Shown: in pieces, positions 56,669 to 64,000 of the stretch
How the letters are laid out: the number at the start of each line of letters is the position of its first letter
Numbering within the stretch: position 1 is the stretch's first letter
From: an uncultured virus (IMG/VR IMGVR_UViG_3300015607_004939)
Lineage: Duplodnaviria; Heunggongvirae; Uroviricota; Caudoviricetes
Length of the DNA: 64,000 nucleotides
IMG/VR virus record: IMGVR_UViG_3300015607_004939
Strand: one strand, 5' to 3'
Notes under the pieces: generated by a model
Database searches by the model: none
Seen by the model: only the letters and a program-made list of their open reading frames with translations
Told to the model about the DNA's origin: nothing
Position numbers and translations under genes: made by a program

Positions 56669-59600
56669 ATGAGCGAGCCGACGCCCATCCTCACCGACGC
56701 CTCCCACATCCGCGAGCGGATTCGGGAGAAAGCGATCCAGACCGCGTACGCCGTATTCCCCCTGGAGGCCCAGGGGCGGAAGCTGGAGATCGAGGATGTC
56801 CACGTCCGCAACGAGCGTTACAGCCCGGTGCGAGAGGCGCGCGCGCTCATGACCGACGGGACGCTGTCCGAGGCGATGCGCGGGACGCTCGTTCTGCGCG
56901 ACAAGGACGGCACGGTGCTCGACCGGGCCAAGAACTTCACCATCGCGCACCTGCCGTACTTCACCGACCGCCACACGGTGATCGCGAACGGCAACGAGTA
57001 CCAGATCGCGAACCAGCTCCGCAGGAAGCCCGGGGTCTACACGGCGCGCGCGGACAACGGGGAGCTCCGGGCCATCTTCAACCTGGGCCGTGGGAAGAAC
57101 TTCGACCTCGGGTTCGAGCCCAACAAGGGCACCTTCCACCTCGCCTACGGCACGAGCAACATCCCGCTTTACCCAGTGCTGCGGGCGCTGGGCGTCTCAC
57201 ACCAGACGATCGCCGACCAGTGGGGAAAGGGTGTCGCGGACGCGAACCACACCGCCCACGGCCATCAGACCGAGAAGGCCGTGGCGAGTCTCTACGCCAA
57301 GGTCGAGCACCCGGTGGTGATGAACCCGAACCTGCCGCACGCCGAGAAGGTGACGGCGCTCCAGAGGAAGTACGACCAATCGACGCTCGACCCGCGCGTG
57401 ACCGAGGCGACGCTCGGGGTGGCCTGGGATAAGGTGACGCCGCAGGCGCTCATCGGTGCGGCCAAGAAGGTGCTGGCCGTCCACAACGACAAGGCGCAGG
57501 TCGACGACACCGACTCGCTCACCTTCAAGACTTTCCACTCGATCGACGACTTCATCGCCGAGCGCATGCGCCTGACGGCCCGCGCGTGGGTCCCCGCCGC
57601 CAAGCGCGCCTTGAACGGCAAGACCAACATCCGCGAAGCCCTGCGCCCGGCGCCCTTTTCGGACGGGCTGCGCAAGTGGGTCACGACCTCGTCGCTCTCG
57701 GCCGTGCCAACGGGCATCAACCCGCTGGAGATGCTCGACCACGCCGTCAAGGTGACCTCGCTCGGCGAGGGCGGGATCCCCAGCGATCGCGCGATCCCGC
57801 TGGACGCGCGCATGATCCACAACACACACATCGGCGCGCTCGACCCGATTCGCACGCCGGAGTCGAACCATTCCGGGGTCGACATCCGGGCGACCCTGGC
57901 CGCGCACCGCGACAAGGAGGGCAACCTCTACACCGTCGTCAAGAACGTCAAGACCGGCAAGGAGGAGTTCCTCCGGTCGGGCGAGCTGCGCAAGCACGTC
58001 CTGGCCTTCCCCGGCGAGGACCTGCGCGGGCACGTGGACGCCTTCGTCGGCGGCAAGGTCGAGCGGGTGCCCGGTGATAAGGTCACCCACCAGCTCCTGC
58101 ACACCGCCCACACCTACTCGCCCGCGACGACGCTGATCCCCATGATCCACTCGATCCAAGGCAACCGCGCCATCATGGGGTCCAAGATGGGCACCCAGGC
58201 GCTGCCGCTGCTGGAGCGCGAGGCGCCGTACGTCCAGGTCCGCTCGCACCTGCCGGGCGGAGAGAGCTTCGAGACCGTCTACGGCCACATGTTCGTGCCG
58301 CGCGCGACGGTGAGCGGGACGGTGAAGAAGATCGAGGACGGCTGGATCTACATCAAGCCGGACAAGGAGCACGAGAAGAAGTCCGAAGTTCGCCGTGAGG
58401 ATGACGACGTCGACGCGGACGGGGTGAAGGTCGCCGCCGAGGACGACGGGCTCGTCAAGGTGCCCTACCAGACGCTCTTCCCGTTCCCCTCCAAGACCTA
58501 CCTGCACCACGAGCTCTCGGTGAAGCCGGGCGACAAGGTGCAGGAGGGTCAGCGCCTGGGCGAGTCGAACTACACCCGCAAAGGCACCCTCGCCCTCGGC
58601 AAGAATCTGCTCGTGGCCTACATGCCGTACTACGGCCTGAACTCCAACGACGCCGTCGTGATCTCGGAGGGTTGCGCGAAGAAGCTGACCTCTGAGCACA
58701 TGTACCGCGAGGTCTACGCGCTGAACCCGCAGATCGAGCTCTCGCGCGAGAAGCACCGGATGTACTTCGGCAACAAGTACACCCGCGAGCAGTACGGCGT
58801 ACTCGACGAGACGGGCGTCGTGAAGAAGGGCTCGCGAGTCCACCCGAAGGACCTCCTGGTCGCCGGGCTCACCAAGACCCAGGTGCTGGGCACGGACGCG
58901 CTCCTCGGGCGCATCTCCAAGAGCCTCGCCAAGCCCTACCAGGAGGTGACGCTCTCCTGGACCCACGGCACCCCGGGCGAGGTCGTGGACGTGGTGCGCA
59001 CGGCCACGCAGATCGCCATCCTCGTGCGCACCCACGAGCAGATGCAGGTCGGCGACAAGCTCTGCTACGACGAGCAGACGGAGGTTCTAACCGACCACGG
59101 GTGGAAGCACTTCGACTTGCTGGACCCCTTGACGGATCGTGTGGCGAGCCTTGAAGGCGGGGCCCTCCGTTACGTGGAACCCGAAGCGTACCATCGGTAC
59201 GCGCGCGGGGGTCGCATGTACGCCGTCTCGTCGCAACAGCTCGACCTGTTCGTAACGGACCACCACGGGATGTACGTTCAGCGGCGCGGCGAGACCGAGT
59301 TCGCCTTGCGGCCGGCGGAAGACATCGCCGGCCAGCGGGTTCGATACAAGAAGGACGCGGACTGGCAGGGCGAGACGCCCGACCACGTGGTCTTCCCTTC
59401 GCTCACCGTCGCCGCAGGGCAGGGGGGGCGTGGGTCTCGCGTGCTGACCCCGCTGCGCATGCGAACGGACGCCTACGCCATGCTGCTGGGCGCGTACCTG
59501 TCGGAGGGGAACCTCGTCGATCAACCCGAGAGCGGCAGCTACGGGATCGACATCACGCAGATCAAGGAGCCCAACCGGGCGCGACTGCTCACGGAGCTCC

Positions 59601-62245
59601 GCCGCCTGGGGCTCAAGTTCAACGAGCACGGGCGCGGAACGAAGGTACGCCTCTACTCGAAGCAGATCCTGGAACACTTCCGCCAGTTCGGGCACAGCCA
59701 CGAGAAGTTCATCCCCCCGTACGTTTTCGATTGGGACCGGAACACGCTGCGGATCCTTTTCGACTGGCTGGTGTGGGGAGACGGGAGCGTGGCCAACGGC
59801 CGTCCCGTCTCGTACACGACGACGTCACCGCGTCTCGCCGACGACGTACAGCGGCTGTGCCTTCACGTCGGATTCGCGGGCAACGTGAAGCGGAAGAAGC
59901 ACCACCCGCGTCAAACGATCAAGGGCGAAGAGTACGATTGCCGCCCATGCTTCGACGTCCGAATCGTGACGACCAAGCTGCATCCCCAGGTCAACCACGG
60001 ACACGCAACGTCGCAGAAGGCTCAACGCGAAGGGTTCGTTCCCGATTACGAATCCCCAGTCTTCTGCGTAACGGTACCTTCGGGGGTGATCTACGTCCGG
60101 CGCAACGGAAAGGGGGTGTGGTCCGGCAACTCGGGTCGCTACGGGAACAAGGGCGTCGTCGCCAAGATCCTGCCGGACCACGAGATGGTTCAGGACTCGA
60201 AGGGCCGCCCCATCGACCTCCTGCTCACCTCGGCGGGCGTCGTCTCCCGCATCAACCCCGCGCAGGTCATCGAGACGGCCGTGGGCAAGGTCGTCGAGAA
60301 GACGGGCAAGCCCATCGTCTTCGACAACAACGCGCGCGTCAACGCCGTCGAGTGGGCCAAGGGGCTACTGCGCGAGCACGGCGTCTCGGACAAGGAGCAC
60401 GTCTACGACCCGCTCCAGAAGCGACGCATCGAAGGCCCGGACGGCAAGGGCGTGCTCGTCGGCCGGCAGTTCATCTACAAGCTCTTCAAGTCGACGGACA
60501 CGAACTTCGCCGCCCACGGCGTGGGCCCCTACGACTTGAACCAGCAGCCGCTCAAGACCGGCGGCGACGACTCGGCCAAGGGCCTCGGCAAGATGGAGTT
60601 CGACGCGCTCATCGCCCACAACGCGCGCAACTTCCTGCGCGAGGCGGCGACGGTGAAGGGTCAGAAGAACGACGAGTTCTGGAAGGCCCTCCAGCTCGGC
60701 ATGCCGCTGCCCGCACCGAAGAGCCCCTTCGCGTTCCAGAAGTTCGTCGGGATGCTCGAAGGGGCAGGGCTCCGCGTGGACAAGCGCGGCTCGAAGATGA
60801 AGCTCCTGCCCATGACGGACCGGGACGTCCTCGCCCGGTCGCGCGGGCCCATCGAGAACTCCAAGACCCTCATCGCCAAGAACCTGAAGCCCGAGACCGG
60901 GGGGCTGTTCGACCCGCGCCTGACGGGCGGCCCCCAAGGCACGCTCTACGCGCACATCGACCTGCACGAGCCGATCCCGAGCCCCGTCTTCCAGGAGCCC
61001 GTGCGGCGCCTGCTGGGCCTGACGGGCAAGGAGTTCGACCGGAAGCTCGCCGAGCACGGCGGGCAATGGTTCCACGCCGAGCTCAAGGCCATGGACGTGG
61101 GGGCCAAGATGCGCGCGCTCCAGGGCCAGCTCGCGAAGGCCAAGGGCGCCGAGCTCAACGACGTCGTCAAGCAGATCAAGTACCTGAAGGCCCTCCAGGC
61201 CGAGAAGATGGCACCCCACGAGGCGTACATGATCTCCAAGGTGCCGGTGATCCCGCCCGTGTTCCGCCCGATCGTGACCCAGCCGGGCGACAGCTCGCAG
61301 GTCTCGATCGGGGACGCGAACAAGCTCTACGGGCACCTCATGGACTCCAACGACACCCTGAAGGCGACGGCCCTGGAGAGCGACCGGGGTAAGCACCGCC
61401 AGCAGGTCTTCAACGCCGTGGCCGCGCTCTACGGCACCGAGGACGTGGCGAACGACGAGCTGCGCGGGCAGTCCGTCAAGGGGTTCCTCTCGAACATCGC
61501 CGGAGTGGGCACGCCGAAGGGCGGGTTCTTCCAGCGCAAGCTCATGCGGCGCACGCAGGACGTGTCGGGTCGCGGCACGGCCGTCCCGGACGCCAACCTC
61601 GGCATGGACCACGTCGGCATGCCCGAGCCGATGCTCTGGGGCATGTACGACAAGATGATCGTCGCGCGGCTCGTGCGGCAGGGCTACCCGGCGCTGGAGG
61701 CGCGCGAGCGCGTGACCAAGCGGGACCACGTGGCGCGCGAAGCGATGCTGGCCGAGACGCGCGAGCGCCCGGTGCTCATCAACCGGGCGCCGACGCTCCA
61801 CCGATGGTCGATCGTGGCGGCCTACCCAGTGCCCGTCCAGGGGAAGACCATCCGCGTGAACCCCTTCATCGAGAAGGGCATGAACCTCGACTACGACGGC
61901 GACACCTTGCAGGTCCACGCGCCCATCACGCACGACGCGATCGAGGACGCCCGCAAGATGACCCTGTCGCAGATGCTCCTGGCCGACCAGACGCACTCAC
62001 GCCTCATGGCCTTCCCGCAGCACGAGGCGATCATCGGCTTCACCCACGCCTCCAAGGCCGTGGCCTCGGGCGCGAAGCCCCGCGAGTTCGCCTCGGCCGA
62101 CGAGGCGGTGAAGGCGTGGCGCCGGGGAGAGATCAAGCTGAACGATCCCGTGACGCTCAAAGGGACCAAGACCGCCTCCGAGCAGGACCCAGACACGAAC
62201 CTCACCCGCCTGCTATCCTGGCTGGAGAGCCAACCCGATGGATGA
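56669..62245 (+). CDS. Phage RNA polymerase: beta subunit fused to N-terminal (catalytic) half of beta', with intein
   Basis: Beta motifs NGNEY, GALDPIRTPE, NRAIMGSKM, LALGKNLLVAYMPYYG.N, GDKL/SGRYGNKG; beta' motifs KPE.GGLF, PVIPP.FRP, KGGFFQRKLM, SGR, NRAPTLHR, NLDYDGD. Confidence 0.93.
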   Translation: MSEPTPILTDASHIRERIREKAIQTAYAVFPLEAQGRKLEIEDVHVRNERYSPVREARALMTDGTLSEAMRGTLVLRDKDGTVLDRAKNFTIAHLPYFTDRHTVIANGNEYQIANQLRRKPGVYTARADNGELRAIFNLGRGKNFDLGFEPNKGTFHLAYGTSNIPLYPVLRALGVSHQTIADQWGKGVADANHTAHGHQTEKAVASLYAKVEHPVVMNPNLPHAEKVTALQRKYDQSTLDPRVTEATLGVAWDKVTPQALIGAAKKVLAVHNDKAQVDDTDSLTFKTFHSIDDFIAERMRLTARAWVPAAKRALNGKTNIREALRPAPFSDGLRKWVTTSSLSAVPTGINPLEMLDHAVKVTSLGEGGIPSDRAIPLDARMIHNTHIGALDPIRTPESNHSGVDIRATLAAHRDKEGNLYTVVKNVKTGKEEFLRSGELRKHVLAFPGEDLRGHVDAFVGGKVERVPGDKVTHQLLHTAHTYSPATTLIPMIHSIQGNRAIMGSKMGTQALPLLEREAPYVQVRSHLPGGESFETVYGHMFVPRATVSGTVKKIEDGWIYIKPDKEHEKKSEVRREDDDVDADGVKVAAEDDGLVKVPYQTLFPFPSKTYLHHELSVKPGDKVQEGQRLGESNYTRKGTLALGKNLLVAYMPYYGLNSNDAVVISEGCAKKLTSEHMYREVYALNPQIELSREKHRMYFGNKYTREQYGVLDETGVVKKGSRVHPKDLLVAGLTKTQVLGTDALLGRISKSLAKPYQEVTLSWTHGTPGEVVDVVRTATQIAILVRTHEQMQVGDKLCYDEQTEVLTDHGWKHFDLLDPLTDRVASLEGGALRYVEPEAYHRYARGGRMYAVSSQQLDLFVTDHHGMYVQRRGETEFALRPAEDIAGQRVRYKKDADWQGETPDHVVFPSLTVAAGQGGRGSRVLTPLRMRTDAYAMLLGAYLSEGNLVDQPESGSYGIDITQIKEPNRARLLTELRRLGLKFNEHGRGTKVRLYSKQILEHFRQFGHSHEKFIPPYVFDWDRNTLRILFDWLVWGDGSVANGRPVSYTTTSPRLADDVQRLCLHVGFAGNVKRKKHHPRQTIKGEEYDCRPCFDVRIVTTKLHPQVNHGHATSQKAQREGFVPDYESPVFCVTVPSGVIYVRRNGKGVWSGNSGRYGNKGVVAKILPDHEMVQDSKGRPIDLLLTSAGVVSRINPAQVIETAVGKVVEKTGKPIVFDNNARVNAVEWAKGLLREHGVSDKEHVYDPLQKRRIEGPDGKGVLVGRQFIYKLFKSTDTNFAAHGVGPYDLNQQPLKTGGDDSAKGLGKMEFDALIAHNARNFLREAATVKGQKNDEFWKALQLGMPLPAPKSPFAFQKFVGMLEGAGLRVDKRGSKMKLLPMTDRDVLARSRGPIENSKTLIAKNLKPETGGLFDPRLTGGPQGTLYAHIDLHEPIPSPVFQEPVRRLLGLTGKEFDRKLAEHGGQWFHAELKAMDVGAKMRALQGQLAKAKGAELNDVVKQIKYLKALQAEKMAPHEAYMISKVPVIPPVFRPIVTQPGDSSQVSIGDANKLYGHLMDSNDTLKATALESDRGKHRQQVFNAVAALYGTEDVANDELRGQSVKGFLSNIAGVGTPKGGFFQRKLMRRTQDVSGRGTAVPDANLGMDHVGMPEPMLWGMYDKMIVARLVRQGYPALEARERVTKRDHVAREAMLAETRERPVLINRAPTLHRWSIVAAYPVPVQGKTIRVNPFIEKGMNLDYDGDTLQVHAPITHDAIEDARKMTLSQMLLADQTHSRLMAFPQHEAIIGFTHASKAVASGAKPREFASADEAVKAWRRGEIKLNDPVTLKGTKTASEQDPDTNLTRLLSWLESQPDG
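59063..60130 (+). mobile_element. Intein with LAGLIDADG endonuclease in RNAP beta (356 aa)
   Basis: GDKL|CYDEQTEVLT...WSGN|SGRYGNKG; LLGAYLSEG and LVWGDGS motifs. Confidence 0.93.
62211..62219 (+). promoter_or_regulatory. Extended -10 TGCTATCCT upstream of ferritin-like / beta'-C genes
   Basis: Followed by GGAGAG RBS and ATG 62238. Confidence 0.45.
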
Positions 62246-62720
62246 CTTCCCTGCCGACATCGACGGAATGCTGAAGGCCGCCGAGGACCCGGAGCCGGAG
62301 CCCGACCCCGTGCCGGGCCTCGTGCGCAAGCTCCTCTCCGTCAAGTACGCCGTACTGCTGGCGTACGTGAGCTACGGCGACCAGCTCCGGGGCGCGAACC
62401 GCGACGGGCTCTACGAGCACTTCCAGGAGCACGTGAAGGACGAGCGCCGCTCGATCTACGAGTTGAACCGTCACCTCGCCTCGCGGGGGGAGGTGCACGT
62501 GCCGCACAACGTCACCATCCCCGAGGTCGAGCTCGGGGGCCCGGTGCCGCTCCTCGGCGTGCTCCTCCAGTTCGAGGAGGCCGCCCTCGAAGCGTGGCGC
62601 GAGCTCTTCCGCGCGATCCCGCCGAACAAGAACGTGGGGCTCTCGGGCTTCGCGCAGAACGGCGCGCAAGCCCAGCTCGCCCACGTCGAGGACCTGCGTC
62701 GCTGGGGGGCCCGGTCGTGA
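62238..62720 (+). CDS. Ferritin/bacterioferritin-like four-helix protein (degenerate)
   Basis: LYEHFQEHVKDE..SIYEL, QFEEAALEAWREL, QLAHVEDL. Confidence 0.55.
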   Translation: MDDFPADIDGMLKAAEDPEPEPDPVPGLVRKLLSVKYAVLLAYVSYGDQLRGANRDGLYEHFQEHVKDERRSIYELNRHLASRGEVHVPHNVTIPEVELGGPVPLLGVLLQFEEAALEAWRELFRAIPPNKNVGLSGFAQNGAQAQLAHVEDLRRWGARS

Positions 62721-62935
62721 AGCGTGTCGAGGTGTCCATGGGCCCGATCGTCCGGGGCGACGCGGGGAAGTTCTCCGGCACGCGCCACGCGTTCACGCAG
62801 GCCGAGGAGGTGCTCAAGAAGTACGCGCTCCTGGCGGACAAGGGCAACCCGGCGGACTTCCTCGCCAAGCTCTTCCGCTCGAACCACTTCGGCTACGACG
62901 CGAAGACGAACCCCCTCAACCGGCGATACCCGTGA
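62717..62935 (+). CDS. Small hypothetical protein
   Basis: GTGA coupling on both sides. Confidence 0.6.
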   Translation: MKRVEVSMGPIVRGDAGKFSGTRHAFTQAEEVLKKYALLADKGNPADFLAKLFRSNHFGYDAKTNPLNRRYP

Positions 62936-64000
62936 CAACCACCGTCGGTCACCTCCTCATCAACGCGGCCCTCCCTGACACGCACCAGATCTCGGGGCCC
63001 GTGACCAACAAGTTCCTCCACGACCACGTGGTGGACTTGGCCCGCTCGGACCCGCAGAAGTACGTGCGCACCGTCACGGACCTGAAGCGGCGCGGGGACG
63101 AGATCGCCACGCTCGAAGGGATCTCGGTGGGCCTGGACGACATCCGGCCCGACTACGCCGCGCGCGACGCGATCGTGAAGCCCGCCGTCGCCGCCCTGCG
63201 CAAGGCCACCTCGACGGGCGAGAAGGAGCGGGTCATCACCGAGGCGCAGAGCCGGATGCTGGCGTACACCAAGACCCACCCGGGCTCGATGACGCACATG
63301 GCCCTCTCGGGCGCGCGCGGCAACCCAGCGCAGCTCATGAAGATCGTGGGGACGCCGCTCGCGACTACGCACCCGCGCGAGGGCCTCGTGCCGCGCGTCC
63401 TGGAGCGGTCGTACTCCGAGGGGCTCTCCCCGGCCGACTACTGGCTCACCGGGCCCGAGGTCCGGGCCAACGAGGTCGCGGCACGCATCTCGGTGAGCGA
63501 GCCCGGCGAGATGGCCAAGGTGCTCGTGGCGAACATGATCTCGAACGTGGTGACGACGCACGACTGCGGCACGCACGCGGGCGTGCGCCTATCGCTCTCA
63601 GACACGCACGTGCTCGACCGCTACGCCCAGGACAACAAGGGCGTCCCGCGCAACACCCTGGTGACCCCGAGACTCGTCCAGTCGCTCAAGGCCCAAGGGA
63701 CGACGGACCTCTACGTGCGGTCGCCCATGACGTGCGGGGCGAGCAGAGGCGTCTGCCAGATGTGCCAGGGTCACAACGAGAAGGGTCAGCCCCAGCCCAT
63801 CGGGATGACCGTCGGCGTGCGGGCGGCCCAGGCGATGGCCGAGCCCCTCACCCAGATGGCGCTCTCCAGCCGACACGGAACGCTCACCGTCAAGATGACG
63901 ACCAAGAGCCCAACGGGGCTGAAGGGCGTTCGTCAGTTCCTGGAGATCCCCAAGGCGTTCCGCCACGAGGCGGCCCTGGCGCCGGTCACGGGTCAGGTCA
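62932..64000 (+). CDS. RNA polymerase beta' C-terminal half (runs off window; not in ORF track)
   Basis: Hand translation from GTG 62932: TTVGHLLIN, GISVGLDD, MALSGARGNPAQL, SYSEGLSPADY, HDCGT, VRSPMTC....GVCQMCQG, VGVRAAQAMAEPLTQMALSSRH. Confidence 0.92.
   Translation, partial: MTTTVGHLLINAALPDTHQISGPVTNKFLHDHVVDLARSDPQKYVRTVTDLKRRGDEIATLEGISVGLDDIRPDYAARDAIVKPAVAALRKATSTGEKERVITEAQSRMLAYTKTHPGSMTHMALSGARGNPAQLMKIVGTPLATTHPREGLVPRVLERSYSEGLSPADYWLTGPEVRANEVAARISVSEPGEMAKVLVANMISNVVTTHDCGTHAGVRLSLSDTHVLDRYAQDNKGVPRNTLVTPRLVQSLKAQGTTDLYVRSPMTCGASRGVCQMCQGHNEKGQPQPIGMTVGVRAAQAMAEPLTQMALSSRHGTLTVKMTTKSPTGLKGVRQFLEIPKAFRHEAALAPVTGQV

Larger units (their letters stand above)
1973..62355. repeat. 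Dispersed 11-bp palindrome RTACGNCGTAY (about 28 copies)
   Basis: Perfect GTACGNCGTAC at 1973, 4231, 5981, 8801, 12707, 14279, 16972, 19457, 22434, 24925, 30695, 33347, 33354, 36307, 41045, 42822, 49886, 58792, 62345; variants at 9417, 27088, 37594, 46659, 46759, 51838, 52365, 54095, 56746. Confidence 0.9.

Overview
This GC-rich window (roughly 70% GC by eye) is a slice of a large tailed (myovirus-like) bacteriophage genome. Virion genes are mostly on the + strand: a frameshifting tail chaperone, tape measure, baseplate hub with an M23 peptidase, gp25/J/I-like wedges, fibres, a GpA-type terminase and a portal. DNA-metabolism blocks are mostly on the - strand: an intein-containing DinG helicase, B12-dependent NrdJ, RuvC, a DEDDh exonuclease, a UDG-like/PolA fusion, a primase-helicase, a Cas4-like nuclease, a ParB-like protein and a SNF2 helicase. 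The phage encodes two sigma-70 factors and its own multisubunit RNA polymerase, in which intein-containing beta is fused to the catalytic N-half of beta' and the C-half of beta' is a separate gene. The most striking unexplained signal is an 11-bp palindrome, RTACGNCGTAY, found about 28 times, roughly every 2-3 kb, across the whole window. It sits in all three reading frames, often through rare codons, and a ParB/KorB/Noc-family protein in the window is a candidate reader. Other signals are leaderless TA(C/T)CCT promoters exactly 6 nt before start codons, a repeated structured non-coding element next to an assembly gap (N 8502-8736), and recurrent K-x-A motifs in putative virion proteins. All calls come from motif recognition by eye; no database searches were run.
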